In this document: piece by piece, positions 26,901-41,900 of the stretch
How positions within the stretch are numbered: position 1 is the first letter of the stretch
Layout: the number at the start of each line of letters is the position of its first letter
The notes under the pieces: generated by a model
What the model was told of the DNA's origin: nothing
Databases searched by the model: none
The model's input: the letters and a program-made list of their open reading frames with translations, nothing else
Assembly (NCBI GenBank): GCA_035084275.1
Contig: CM068747.1
Span: 23,374,001 to 23,438,000, forward strand
Reading direction: 5' to 3'
Length of the DNA stretch: 64,000 nt
From: Hydrolagus colliei
Lineage: Eukaryota
Translations under genes and position numbers: made by a program

Positions 26901-29900
26901 TTAACATTAGCAGGCCATCTGAACCTTCAGATCCAATTACTATCCAAGCAGAACATGGTAAACTTTAATTTTGTTCTTGAATTCAATGCTAGTTTTTTTC
27001 GTATTAACATTTAGTACCCTGCCATGTTAATTTTTACATGAATTAAAGTATTGAAACAAAAAAAAATTCTAATGCAACCTATTGTTTTGGCAGACGCACC
27101 CAAAATTGACTTGGGGGTGTCCATGAAGTCTCTTATGGTAGTGAAGGCTGGAGCCAATGTTTGCTTGGAGGCTGTTGTCTCCGGAAAACCTTTTCCGAAG
27201 GTCAGCTGGAAGAGAGACGGCAATGAGGTTGTGCCTGCTGATGGCATCAAGATAACAACCACAAGACACCTGTGTACTCTGGAGTTATATTCTGTTAAAA
27301 GGAAGGAAACAGGAGAGTACTCTATTGTAGCAGAGAATCCAAGTGGATCAAAATCGGCTACCCTAAAACTTAAAGTACTAGGTACAGAGCTTTTATAAAA
27401 TACTTTTTATACTTTGAAGGTCAATGTTTAATTGAGTACTGATGTATTTATTTCCAGCACCTGAATGCACCTATGTTTTCTATTTCTTTCTTCAGACAAA
27501 CCTGGCCCACCTACTTCTATCAAAATCAGCAATGTTTACACAGATCGTGTTACTCTCAATTGGCAGCCTCCTCTGGAAGACGGAGGGGCTGAAGTAACAA
27601 ACTACATTGTTGATAAGCGTGAAACAAGCCGGCCTAATTGGGCTCAGGTCACTGCCAATATCCCAATTACCAGCTGCGGGATTGAAAAGCTGATAGAGGG
27701 ACATGAATATCAATTCCGCATCTGCGCTGAAAACAAATATGGTGTTGGTGACCCTGTCCTGACTGAATCCGTTGTTGCTAAAAATCCTTACAGTAAGAAT
27801 GATACTTTTGTTAATGATGCACTCGTTTTTTAAAATATCTTTTATATTTTAATTCATAAGCAAAGGATACATTCTTAACAATGAATCTGTATTCCTCACA
27901 GATGTCCCTGGGCCATGTGATCCTCCAGTGATTACCAACATCACAAAGGACCACATGACTGTGAGCTGGAAACCCCCAGCCGATGATGGTGGTTCAGCAG
28001 TTACTGGATACTTACTAGAGAAACGTGAAACAAAGGTCGTCAAGTGGTCCAAAGTCAACAGGAAACCAGCCATGGAAAGAACGGTTAAGGTGACAGGTCT
28101 TCAAGAAGAATATGAGTACGAGTACCGAGTCATTGCGTTGAACAAAGCTGGACCGGGCAAACCTAGTGAATCCTCAAAAGCAGCAATTGCTCTTGATCCT
28201 CAATGTAAGCCACTACGAATATGAAACAGTATCGGGTGCCATGTTGCAGAGTTATATTTATTTAGACATATTTTTGATGAATACTATTTTGTTTCTACTC
28301 AGATCCTCCTGGCCCACCGGCCTTCCCCAAGGTGGTAGACACAACTTCCAGCACTGTCAGCTTGTCGTGGAGTAAGCCAGCATATGATGGTGGAAGCCCT
28401 ATCCTAGGATACCTGGTTGAGCTTAAATTGGCAGATACTGAAAACTGGAGAAAATGTAATGTGTCAAAGAACCTTCAAGAAACGCATTATATTGTTACAG
28501 GACTGAACAATAGCACTGTGTATCAGTTCCGCATATCTGCAATGAACAAAATTGGCTTCAGTGATCCAAGTGAAGTGCCTGATAAACATACTCCCAAAGA
28601 TATTTTGAGTAAGTATTAAAATGGTTTCGATGACAAACACACAGTCTCCATAAAATCACAAAGAAGCACTTTGAGACATCTTAACAACGTGATGATTCCC
28701 TAAATTAAATGCAAGGATTATTATTATTATTACAAGCCACACCCAATGCTGTTTTTGTTACCATATTATAATAGCCTTATTTGTGTGCCTGAACAGTTCC
28801 TCCTGAAGCTGATCTTGATGCTGACTTAAGGAAGGCACTTATCCTGCGTGCGGGAGTCACAATGAGAATCTATGTGCCAGTTAGAGGTCGTCCGACTCCA
28901 AAGATCACATGGGCCAAAATGAATTCTAACCTCAAGGAAAGAGAAGGACTTGATATCAGAACTTCAGAATATGATACAATGCTATACTGTGAAAACGTCA
29001 ATAGATACGATGCCGGAAAGTACATTTTAACTTTAGAAAACAGCAGTGGAATTAAGACTTATACACTTGTTGTCAAGGTTCTGGGTAAGTTGGTGTCTTA
29101 AATGTGTTTAGGCAAAAAATCCTGTTTACAAAATGAGTTCATTTTATAATTGTTCCTTTGGATGAAATATTTTTTTTTCTTTCTTTCAAATCAGACTCTC
29201 CTGGTCCTCCACTTAACCTTGTGGTTAAAGAAACATCAAAGAATTCTGCTGCTATTTCCTGGGACCCTCCACTTGTGGACGGTGGTAGTCCAGTTAAGAA
29301 TTACATTGTGGAAAAACGAGATGCCGAAAGAAAGGCATGGTCAACTGTATCAACTGATTGTCCCAAGACAAGTTTCAGAATTCAGAATTTGGAAGAGAGT
29401 AAATTTTACTTCTTCAGAGTCCTGGCTGAAAATGAATATGGCATCGGTGTACCCTGTGAGACAAAGAATGCTGTGAAAGCTTCAGGTAACAAAAATTGTT
29501 ATTATATTATTATAACGTAGTTCCATATAGACCTGTCCACTCCATTGGCTCAGTGGGCTCTGGTCTGCTCCATGTCCCCTGCCCGGCCCACCCCGCCATC
29601 GGATGTCAGGCCGTCAGCCTGTCCGCCTTCACTCTTTGGAATTCCATCCCACAGTCCCTTCGCCTCACTTCTCCCTTGTCCATTCAAGGCCCATCTCAAC
29701 AACTTCCTTTTCATCTGCGCCTACCACCCATACCCTTCCTGCTATCCACCCTTCCTGATCCAAACCACCTGGTCGGGTCCAAACCCCTGACTGTCCAATG
29801 CCTTGGGACGTCCTCCTGACCTGAGAGGAGCTGTACAAATATTGTTTGTTGTTGTTGGTAACATGACTTTTTCTTAAATTGTGTTTGTTTACCTAATACA

Positions 29901-32900
29901 GAGGAACCTGGACCTGTGGTAGACCTGAAGGCTTTAAGTTTGACCAAATCATCCTGCACCGTGGCATGGAAAAAGCCCACCAGTGATGGTGGATCACGAA
30001 TTATAGCTTATGTTGTTGAAATGATGATGAACGGAGATAAATGGAAAGAGATAATGCGGTCAAAGAACATGCAACATCCAATGAAAGATTTGGAGGAAGG
30101 AAAAGAGTATAATTTCAGAGTGAAAGCACAGAATGATGCAGGATACAGTCCACCACAGGAAATTACAGTTATAGCCAAAGATCAAATTGGTGAGTAATAT
30201 ATCATACTAAGCCCCATTCACCATTCAGTTTGTTTTGAACAAAATCCACTTTAGATCGCAAGTGTGAATTACTCAAAGTGAAATCAATAGTATATTGTAC
30301 CAGTAGAATGATACACCATCTAAACGAGCCTTAGACACCCATCAATAGAATTATTTAATATGTTTTCAAAAACAGGTTATCTAATTAAATAGTGTAATTT
30401 GGGAACTATCCAATTCATTGGTTAAACTAAAAATGTAACAGTTCTTAAAGCAGATGTTAATCACTGACGATTTAACTTTTACACGGTGCGCATAACAAAC
30501 CCACTTACATTATTAAGCTCCCCCATAAAATTTTAAGTCTAACAAAATCAAATCTGTGGGGATAGTGATAGTTACTTCAGTTGTGACAACAATAACAACA
30601 AAATTGCACTTATATAGCGCCTTTCACGTCGGGAGGACGTTCCAAAACGCTGAACAGTCTGGTCGGGACCCAAGCGGGGTGGCAGGGGTGCAAGGGGAAG
30701 GAGAGTGGGAGAGGTGGAAGAGTTAGGGGGGGCAGCCAAAGGCGTGGTCGAAGAGGAAGGTCTTGAGACCGACCTTGAAGAAGAAAAGGGAGGAAGTGAG
30801 GCGGAGGGGCTGTGGGATGGAGTTCCACAGTACGGGAAGCAGGGACGCTGAAAGCTCGGCCACCGATGGTTGGGCGGTTAGGGCGGTGGACATGGAGCAG
30901 GCCTGAATCTGCTGAACGGAGGGTGCGGGCGGCTGATTGGGAGACAGCAGGTCCGAGAGATAGGCGGGGGCAAGGCCGTGAATGGCCTTGAAAGTGAGGA
31001 CAAGGATCTTGAATTTGATCCTCTGGATGACGGGGAGCCAGTGGAGATGGGCGAGTATGGGAGTGATGTGGTTGTGAAGCCTAGTGCGTGAGAGTACACG
31101 AGCTGCAGAGTTTTGAATGATCTGCAGCCTGTGAAGGGAGGAGCTGGGGAGGCCGACGAGGAGGGAGTTCCCGTAGTCGAGCTTGGAAGTGATAAAAGCG
31201 TGGACGAGGGTTTCGGCGGCATGGGGGGTGAGGTAGTGGCAGAGTCTGGCAATGTTGCGGAGGTGATGGAAGGCTGTGCCGGTCATGGAGCGGATGTGGG
31301 GGAGGAAGGATAGCTCAGGGTCGAACAAGATGCCCAGATTCCTGATTGGCTTTGAGAGGTGGAGAGAGTAGCCTTGAACGCTGATGTTGTCAGCCCCTGA
31401 GGTGCGAAGGTGCTGATGTGAGCCAATCAGGAGAGCTTCCATCTTGTTGTCGTTGAGTTGTAGGAAATTTGCCCTCGTCCAGGACTCGATGTCGGACAGG
31501 CATGCAGTCAGAATGCCAGTGGTCCTGGAATCGAGGGTTGATGCAGATCGGCACTATACAAGCACTGTAACATCATTGAGATATCCTCACTCGTGACATA
31601 TCTGAACCGTCAATTTTTAATATAAAAGGAGCATAAGTTATTCAAAGGGGAAAGCTTCAAAATATAACTGAAACACTGGTATTCTAGTTTATTGAACTAA
31701 GTCACTGTTTTTGTTCACAGTACCGCCAAATATTGATCTGAGAGACCTGCCTGACCTAACCTACGTTGCCAAGGAGGGAAGCAGCTTCCGTCTGAAGATT
31801 CCAATCAGTGGAAAGCCAGCCCCCAAAATAACATGGAAGAAAGGTGAAGACTTGCTCCTGGATGAGAGTGGTAGAGTAGCTGTGGAATCCTCTGCTGTCA
31901 ATACAACATTAATAGTACGGGAATGTCAAAAGTCCGATGCCTCAAAGTACGTAGTCACTGTGAAGAACGCTGCCGGCACAAAGGAAGGCACTCTGTTTGT
32001 CAAAATAGTCGGAAAGCCCGGAATACCGAGCGGACCCTTGCGTTTCGATGAAGTCACAGCGGACGCCATTACTTTGATTTGGGGACCTCCCAAAGATGAC
32101 GGCGGTTCGGAAATTACAAACTACATCCTGGAAAAGCGAGATACCACGACCAACAAATGGGTGACGTGCGCCTCTGCTGTACAGAAAACATCATTCAGAG
32201 TTACAAGGCTTCATGAAGGAACTGAGTACAACTTTAGGGTCAGTGCTGAGAACAAGTACGGCGTAGGTGTAGACCTGAAATCTGATCCTGTTATAGCGAG
32301 GCATCCATTTGGTAAGCATTGGTGCATTTTAGAGGTAGATTTCATTGAATAGAACTGTTACGTTGAATTCAAGCTAAATACTCTCTTCCTACTCTCAGAT
32401 GTACCTGATGCTCCTTTGCCACCACTAATTGTTGCCAGCAGACATGACTCTGTGTCACTGGCTTGGACAGACCCCAGGAAGACAGGTGGTTCACCTATCA
32501 CAGGTAAAGCATTTAATGTTGATATATTTTCTGTGCGAGAACATCAATGTCTTTCCTTTGCAAGGACACCTTTCCGATATGAAGGGCGCTATACAAGTAT
32601 AATTCGCTGTTGTAGTTTAGTTCAAGGCCCTCTATTCGGTCCCCCTCACCAACACTGCCCCCCCCTCAATCCTGACTCTGGTCCGAAACACTGATTGTCG
32701 AGCGCCTTGAAACGTTCTCCCAACGCGAAAGACGCTATACACATGTAATTTTGTTGTTAGTTCATGGTGATTTGTGGTGGTTTTGAAAACTATTTATTCT
32801 TTATGCCAGGTTATCACATTGAGTACAAAGAACGAAACAGCCTTCTGTGGAAACGAGCAAATACGACCCCACTGAGAATGAAGGATTTCAGAGTGCCTGG

Positions 32901-35900
32901 CTTGACAGAGGGGCTTGAATATGAATTTAGAGTTATGGCAATTAACTTGGCTGGTGTAGGCAAACCAAGTGCACCATCAAAGCCTGTCACCACGCTTGAT
33001 CCAATTGGTAGGTTGAAAATACATTACAGATTTCCTAATCTTTCCATTCCACATTGCAAGGACTTCAAAGCACCTTTACTACCCTTTAAATAATATTTAT
33101 TTTCAGATCCCCCTGGAAAACCTGATGTTATTAACATCACAAGAAACTCAGTGACCCTGATGTGGACTGAGCCCAAGTACGATGGCGGACATAAACTAAT
33201 CGGCTACATTGTTGAGAAGCGGGACCTCCCTTCGAAAATCTGGATGAAAGCAAATCATGTTAATGTTCAGGATTGTGCCTTCACTGTTACTGACATGACT
33301 GAGGGCTGCAAATATGAGTTCCGCATCAAAGCAAAGAATGCAGCTGGAGCCATCAGTGAACCATCGGAAACGACAGGAACCATCGTGTGCAAGGATGAAT
33401 ATGGTGCGTATTTATATTTCACAAAATACGGAAGAAAGAAAAGCACTGCACCAAACCAAGCATTGTTCATGACACTTAACACATCTGTTGTTCTTTCATT
33501 CCCACAGAGGCACCAACAATCATAATTGATCCTACCGTAAAGGAAGGCTTAACAGTTAAAGCGGGCGATACGATTGTGATTACCGCCACCAGTATTCTCG
33601 GCAAGCCTTCGCCAACATCAGTTTGGTCCAAGGGTGGAAAATACTTCAAGCCCTCTGATGTGGTCCAAATTGAAGCAACTCAGACTTCCTCCATTCTATC
33701 TGTCAAATACGCTACCAGAAAGGATTCTGGAGAATATACCATCACCGCCAGCAACCCATTTGGTATCAAAGAGGAAAATGTCCGTGTGAAAGTTTTGGAT
33801 GTTCCTGGTCCTCCAGGCCCCATTGAAATCAGCAATGTCTCATCTGAAAAGGTGACACTGAATTGGCTGCCTCCTGCAGAAGACGGAGGTTCTCCAATCA
33901 AATCCTATACAATTGAGAAGAGAGAAACCAGTCGCCTTCTCTGGACTTTACTTGCTGAAGATATCCCAAGCTGCAGATACATTGCAAGCAAACTTATACA
34001 AGGAAATGAATACATCTTCCGTGTGTCTGCTGTAAATCAGTATGGCATCGGTGATCCTTCACTTGGCGAACCTGTTAAGATGGTAGACAGTTTTGGTGAG
34101 TACTTTTTAATGAGAACAATAATAATAATACTTGCATTTGATATAGCGCCTAATCACATCTTCGAAACCTCTCAAAGTGCTTTTTAACTTTACAACACTG
34201 ACAGATGTCTGACTGATCTATTCATAAAATTAGTGTTGTGGGGTCTTCCAGGCTAAATCCCATGTTGGGACATAAGTTCACTAAGCTGACTATACTTAAA
34301 ATAGTCTAAGCTGACACTCCAATTCAGTGCTAGTAGTGGGTGTTGCATTTTTAGAGGTGCTATCTTTCGGATGAGACATTAAAACCGAGGCCCCATCTGT
34401 CTGTTCAGGTGGATGGTTAAAGATCCATCCAAAGGTACCATTGAAAAAGTGAAGGGAGGTTCTCCCTTCACTTGATCAACAATACAATACCCCCAAATAA
34501 AATTGGGCACTCACTTCATGACTGTTCGCAATTGTGCTGCTGTGTCTACTTGGACTCCATTTCGTGATAAATCCTGTGAAGCAGTTTAAAATGTCCTTCC
34601 GATGTGATGGGGCGTGATGCCAAATGCAAGGCTTATTATTATTAAAATGCAAGATATTTCATTTCTGTGTATTTTGGTTTGATGATATGAACGCCACCTC
34701 TAATGTTCGTCTCCTAGGTCCACCCGGTCCACCAGGAAAGCCAGAAATCACCAATGTTACCAAAAACACAGTCACTATTGCCTGGAAGAGACCAGTTGAT
34801 GATGGTGGCAGTGAAATCTTGGGATACATCGCTGAGCGCAAAGAAAAGAAAGGCTTGAGATGGGTTCGAACAAGTAAAAAACCAATTTCAGATTTACGGC
34901 ATAAAGTAACAGGACTTAATGAAGGAACTGAGTATGAATTCCGGGTCACAGCAGAAAACAAAGCAGGCATTGGACAACCAAGCGAACCATCAGCATCAGT
35001 GCTGACCAAAGATGTAGCATGTAAGCATTTACTTAATATTTTTTAAATTCTATTTAAATAATAGAATTATTTTAAAAATATTAAATATATTAAACATACA
35101 TTAAAATCAAATATATGAAATGATATGATATATAAATGATATTCTAATATCTCAAAATTCTATTTGCAACAAAGATGTAACATGTAAGCATTTACTTTAT
35201 ACTTTAAAAAAAATTCAGCAAATTTAATTCAATGCCGCATTCTGATTTGGCATTCTGTAGAAATAGATATTTTATCATCTGAGTTTATTTTTGTTTAACA
35301 CAGACGTACCTGGGCCTCCTTCTAACCCACGAGTGGTGGACACAACAAAGACCACTGCTACTTTGACTTGGGGGAAACCTCACTACGATGGTGGCCTTGA
35401 TATCATCGGCTACATAGTTGAACACAAGAAAGAAGCAGAGGAAGAATGGGTAAAAGACACCACGGGCACTGCACTCAGAATAACTGAGTTTGTTGTTGCT
35501 AACCTCCAGCCAGGGGAAAAATATCACTTTAGAATCAAAGCACTCAATGCTGAGGGTGTTGGTGAACCTGCACAAGTTGAAGGTGCTGTTGAAATTAAGG
35601 AACGTGAAGAACTGCCTGATTTCGAGCTGGATGCTGAACTGAGAAGAACTCTGGTGGTCAGAGCTGGAGTCACAATCCGCATCTTTGTACCAATCAAGGG
35701 TCGTCCAACTCCTCAAGTCACTTGGCTTAAAGGAGATGTTCCGGTCAAAGGACGTGCTACGGTAGAAACCACATCATCGTACACCTTCCTCCTGATCCCT
35801 GAATCCACCAGAAATGACACGGGAAAGTACACAATGTGTCTTGAAAACGCTGCTGGTAAAAAGTCTGGTTTTGTAAACGTGAGAGTCCTAGACTCCCCAG

Positions 35901-38900
35901 GACCTCCGATTAACCTTAAAGCCAGAGAAGTAACGAAAGACTGCATTACATTGGCATGGGAACTGCCAATGATTGATGGGGGCTCACGGATCACAAACTA
36001 TATAATAGAAAAACGAGAATCGACACGCAAAGCATATGCGACTATCACAACAAACTGCCAAAAGTGTTCACTTAGAATTCCCAATCTCTCCGAAGGGTGT
36101 GAGTATTACTTCAGAGTAATGGCTGAGAATGAATATGGCATTGGGGAACCAGCTGAAATGTCAGACCCTGTAAGAGCATCCGAAGCTCCGTCTCCTCCAG
36201 AAAGTCTTCACATCATGGATATAACGAAGCACTCAGTCAGCTTAGCTTGGCCAAAACCAGAGTATGATGGTGGTAGTAGGATCACAGGATATGAACTTGA
36301 GGCCCAGAAGAAAGGCAGTGAAAAATGGATTCCTTTAACAACTCAAAAGGCTTTAGATTATATTGCAAAGAATTTGAGTGAAAATGAGGAATATACGTTC
36401 CGGGTCATGGCTGTCAATATCTCTGGAAGGAGCGATCCTCGAGAAAGCAGACCTGTTGTTATAAAGGAACAAACGTCACTTCCAGAATTTGACCTGCGTG
36501 GTATATACCAGAAGAGCGTAATTGCAAGGGCAGGAGATAATATCAAAGTTGAGATCCCAGTGCATGGTCGACCAAAACCAACAGTCACCTGGACGAAGGA
36601 AGGCCAAGCTTTGAAGCAAACGCAGAGAATAAATGTCGAAAATACAGCCAACTCAACAATACTTAACATCAGCGAATGCATAAGAAGTGATACCAGCAAG
36701 TTCACTCTGACCGCTAAAAACATAATTGGTGAAGTAAGTGACACCTTTGGTGTTCAAGTACATGACATTCCTGGACCTCCTAAAGGCCCTATCAAATTAG
36801 ACGAAATTTCATCTGTTTACATTTTGATGTCATGGGAGCCACCAGAGAATGATGGTGGAGTACCAATTAACAACTATATTGTAGAGATGCGTGAGACCAA
36901 CAGTACATCATGGGTAGAGCAGGCAGCTACTGTGATACGTACAACATATAAAGTTAGTCACCTTACTACTGGAATGGAATACCAATTCCGTGTTAAGGCT
37001 CAAAACAGATATGGTGTTGGACCTGCAATTATTTCAGAGTCAGTTGTTGCCGCTTATCCATTTAAGGTGCCTGGACCTCCAGGAACTCCAAATATTATTG
37101 CAGTCACAAAAGATTCAATGACTATCACTTGGAATGACCCAGTTACTGATGGTGGAAGTCAAATTTTGGGCTATCACATTGAAAGAAAGGAAAGAAATAG
37201 CATTCTTTGGCAAACTATAAGCAAGGCTTTGGTTACAGGCAACACATTTAAATCAAGTGGACTTACCGATGGTATTGCATATGAATTCCGTGTTGCAGGA
37301 GAAAACATGGCTGGCAAAGGAAAACCAAGTAAACCTTCAGATCCAGTATTTGCGCTAGATCCTATTGATTCTCCTGGTCAACCCGTTCCCATTAATATTA
37401 CAAGGCATTCTGTAACACTTGTCTGGACTAAGCCAGAATATGATGGAGGCTTTAAGGTAACTGGATACACGGTTGAAAAGAGGGAATTCCCTAGCGGGCG
37501 ATGGCTTAAAGCAAACTTTAGCAATGTTCTGGAGACTGAGTTCACGGTCAGTGGCCTTACTGAAGATGAGAAATATGAATTCCGTGTCACAGCTCGAAAT
37601 TCCGCAGGAGCAGTGAGCAAACCATCTGATCCCACTGACGCAATAACATGCAGAGATGACATGGAGGAACCAAGGATAATGGTTGATGCTAAATTCAAAG
37701 ATGTCATAGTTTTGAAAGCTGGTGAAGTTTTCAAACTCGAGGCAGACGTAACAGGCCGACCACCACCAACAATGGTCTGGACAAAGGACACAAAGGATCT
37801 TACAGAAACGGGAAAACAGGAAATAAGGATAACTGATTTCTCAACTGTTTTGACGAACAAAGATAGCTCAAGAAGAGACGGCGGTGCTTATGTACTTACC
37901 GCATCCAATCCCGGTGGCTCAGTTAAACATGTTTTCAATGTTAAAGTTCTAGATAGACCCGGACCTCCCGAAGGACCAATAGGAATTACAGATGTCACAT
38001 CAGAAAAATGTGTGATATCATGGTTACCACCTCCTGATGATGGTGGTGCAAAGATTGATCATTATGTCGTTGAAAAGCGTGAGACCAGTCGACTTTCATG
38101 GACAACTGTATCAGCGGAAGTTCAAGTCACCAAACTGAAGATAACTAAACTTCTCAAAGGGAATGAGTATATTTTCCGTGTCATGGCAGTGAATAAATAC
38201 GGAGTTGGTGAGCCATTGGAATCTGATGCTGTTATCGCTGTTAATCCATTTGTCCCACCCAGCCCACCGAAGACACCAGAGGTTACAGCCATCACAAAAG
38301 ATTCGATGGTGGTTTGTTGGGGACATCCAGATTCTAACGGTGGCAGTGAAATCACCAATTATATTGTTGAACGGCGTGACAGGACAGGAATACGATGGGT
38401 TAAATGCAACAAAAGACCAGTCACTGATTTGCGATTCAAAGCTGTTGGGCTCACAGAAGGACATGAATATGAATTCAGAATCGTAGCTGAAAATGTTGCA
38501 GGTCTCAGTCAACCAAGTCCTACCAGCCCATTCTATAAATCTGGTGACACCATATTCAAACCTGGACCTCCAGGTAACCCTAGGCTGCTTGATTCAAGCA
38601 AATCTTCAATTACTATTGCCTGGAATAAACCTATTTATGATGGCGGTTCAGAAATTACAGGTTATATGGTTGAAACGTGTCTTCCCGAAGAAGATGAATG
38701 GACAATTGTAACACCACAGGGTGGACTTAAAGCCACATCATTCACAATCACTAAGTTAAAGGAAAACCAAGAATACCTGGTTCACATATATGCCATGAAC
38801 GCTGAAGGCATTGGTGAACCTGCGCAAATCCCAGGAACAGTTAAGGCCGAAGACAGATTATTGCCTCCTGAGATTGAACTTGATGCAGATCTACGAAAGT

Positions 38901-41900
38901 TGGTAAATATAAGAGCCTGCTGCACTTTGAGATTGTTTGTTACTATCAAGGGTCGACCAGTCCCTGAAATCAAATGGGCCAGGGAAGATGGGGAGCCACT
39001 GGACAGAGCATCGATTGAAATTACAAGCTCATACACACTTCTCATCATCCCGAATGTGAACAGATTCGACAGTGGCAAGTACATGTTAACCGTCGAAAAT
39101 AGCAGCGGCAGCAAGACTGCTTTCGTAAACGTTAGAGTCTTGGATACTCCAGGGGCACCGCAGAATCTGAAGATTAAGGAAGTTAGCAAGGCTTCTGTCA
39201 CCATTTCATGGGAGCCCCCGCTTATTGATGGCGGTTCCAAGATCAACAATTACATAGTAGAAAAACGGGAATCCACCAGGAAAGCGTACTCCACAGTCAT
39301 CGCCAACTGTCACAAGACAACCTGGAAGGTGGACACCTTACAGGAAGGTTGCAACTATTACTTCCGTGTCCTGGCTGAAAATGAGTATGGAGTGGGTCTT
39401 CCTGTTGAGACATCTGATGCAGTTAAGGTGTCAGAAAGACCGCTTCCACCAGGTAAAGTAACCCTTGTAGATGTAACAAGAAACAGTGCAATTCTGTCAT
39501 GGGAGAAGCCAGAGCATGATGGAGGTAGCCGGATAGTAGGATACATTGTGGAAATGCAAAGTAAAGGAAGTGAAAAGTGGACAACATGTGCTACTGTGAA
39601 GCTAACCGAAGCCACCATAACTGGACTGATCCAAGGTGAAGAGTATATGTTCCGAATATCAGCACAGAATGAAAAAGGTATCAGTGATCCTCGACAACTG
39701 GGCGTCCCTGTTATTGCCAAGGATCTCGTAATCCTTCCTTCTTTCAAACTTCTGTTTACCACGTTCAGCGTTCTAGCAGGAGAAGACTTGAAAGTTGACG
39801 TGCCATTTGTTGCTCGTCCCAAACCAACAATAACATGGCTGAAAGACAACCAGCCATTGAAACAAACAACCAGAGTCAACGCTGAATTGAAAGATAGCAA
39901 GGGCCTTCTAGTAATTAAGGAAGCTTGTCGCGAGGATGTTGGCCAATACACAATAAAACTAACAAATGCTGCTGGCGAAACAACTCAAATTCTTGGTATT
40001 ATTGTTTTGGATAAGCCTGGACCTCCAACTGGGCCAGTCAAGATCGATGGAGTTACTTCAGACAGCATGATCCTCATGTGGGAACCACCGGTGTACGATG
40101 GTGGATGTCAAATCAATAATTATATAGTTGAAAAGAGAGACACTTCGACTACTGTCTGGCAGATTGTGTCCGCTACCGTTGCCAGAACAACAATCAAAGC
40201 CACACGTTTAAAGAAGGGCATAGAATATCAATTCAGAATCGCAGCTGAGAATAGATACGGAAAGAGCAGCTTTCTTATTTCTGAGTCTATTATTGCACAA
40301 TTTCCCTACAAGATCCCTGGTCCTCCTGGTACTCCTTTTATAACGCACATTACAAAGGAGAGTATGCTCGTACAATGGAACGAACCCGTCAATGATGGTG
40401 GCAGTAGGATTCTGGGCTATCACCTTGAACGCAAAGAAAGAAACAGCATTCTATGGATCAAAATGAACAAATCAATTATTTCCGACACCCAGATGAAGTC
40501 CACCAATCTCGAAGAGGGCATTGAATATGAGTACAGGGTCTACGCTGAGAATATTGTTGGCATTGGCAAACCTAGCAAAGTATCGGAGTGTGTCGTAGCT
40601 CGAGACCCATGCGATCCTCCAAGTCGCCCAGAAGCTGTGATTGTCACCAGAAATTCAGTGCATCTTCAGTGGAACAAACCCGAATATGATGGAGGAAGCA
40701 AAATCACTGGGTATTTTGTTGAAAAGAAGGAGCTTCCCGAAGGCCGCTGGATGAAAGCTAGCTTCACTAATGTCATCGATACCAATTTTGTTGTAACTGG
40801 TTTAGTGGAGGACCAAAGGTATGAGTTCAGAGTGTGTGCCAGAAATGCAGCTGGTGTGTTCAGTGAACCATCAGAAAGCACTGGCCCCATCACTGCCAGA
40901 GATGAAGTTGATCCACCTCGAGTGAGCATGGATCCACAATATAGGGAAGCTATTGTAGTAAATGCCGGTGAAGTATTTAAGATCGAAGCTGATATTTATG
41001 GTAAACCAATCCCAACAATCCAATGGATGAAAGGAAGCAAAGAACTTGAAAACACAGCCAGGATGGAAATTAAAAGTACCGATTTCAATACTGTTCTCAC
41101 AGTCAAGGAAGCAGTTCGAGTGGACGGCGGTCAGTACACCCTATTGGTAAGGAACGTAGCAGGTGAAAAGATTGTTCATGTAACCGTGAAGGTGCTTGAC
41201 AGGCCAGGACCACCGGAAGGACCAATTACTATAACTGGATTGACTGCTGAGAAATGCACATTGGCTTGGAAGCCACCAAGCCACGATGGTGGGAGTGCAA
41301 TTTCCCATTACATTATTGAAAAGCGAGAAACTAGTCGATTAGTCTGGACATTAGTTGACTCTAATGTACTGACTCTGAGTTACAAAGTTACCAAATTTCT
41401 GGAAGGAAATGAATACATCTTCCGTATTATGGCAGTAAATAAATATGGTGTTGGTGATTCGCTGGAATCTGAATCAGTAATAGCAAAGAATCCATTTGTG
41501 CCCCCTGATGCACCCAAGACACCTGAGGTTACAGCTATTACAAAAGATTCAATGATCGTTGTATGGGGAAGACCTGCATCCGATGGTGGTAGTGAAATTA
41601 ATGGATATATTTTAGAGAAGCGTGACAAAGCAGGAATAAGATGGACAAGGTGTAATAAGCGGGTCATCACTGAACTCCGATTCAGGGTGACCGGACTAAT
41701 GGAATACCATGATTATGAGTTTAGAGTATCTGCTGAGAATGCTGCTGGCATTAGTGTCCCAAGTGCATCCTCTCCTTTCTACAAGGCTGCTGATCCGATC
41801 TACAAACCTGGCCCACCCAACAATCCCAAAGTCACTCACGTTACAAGATCTTTTGTTTCTCTTTCATGGAGCAAACCCATTTATGATGGCGGATGTGAAA

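Noticed and set aside
30723-31442. 239-aa RT-like ORF as a nested or domesticated gene
   Set aside because: 5'-truncated, lacks the catalytic core, frameshifted near the C-terminus, and has a LINE tail plus sibling fragments in the window.
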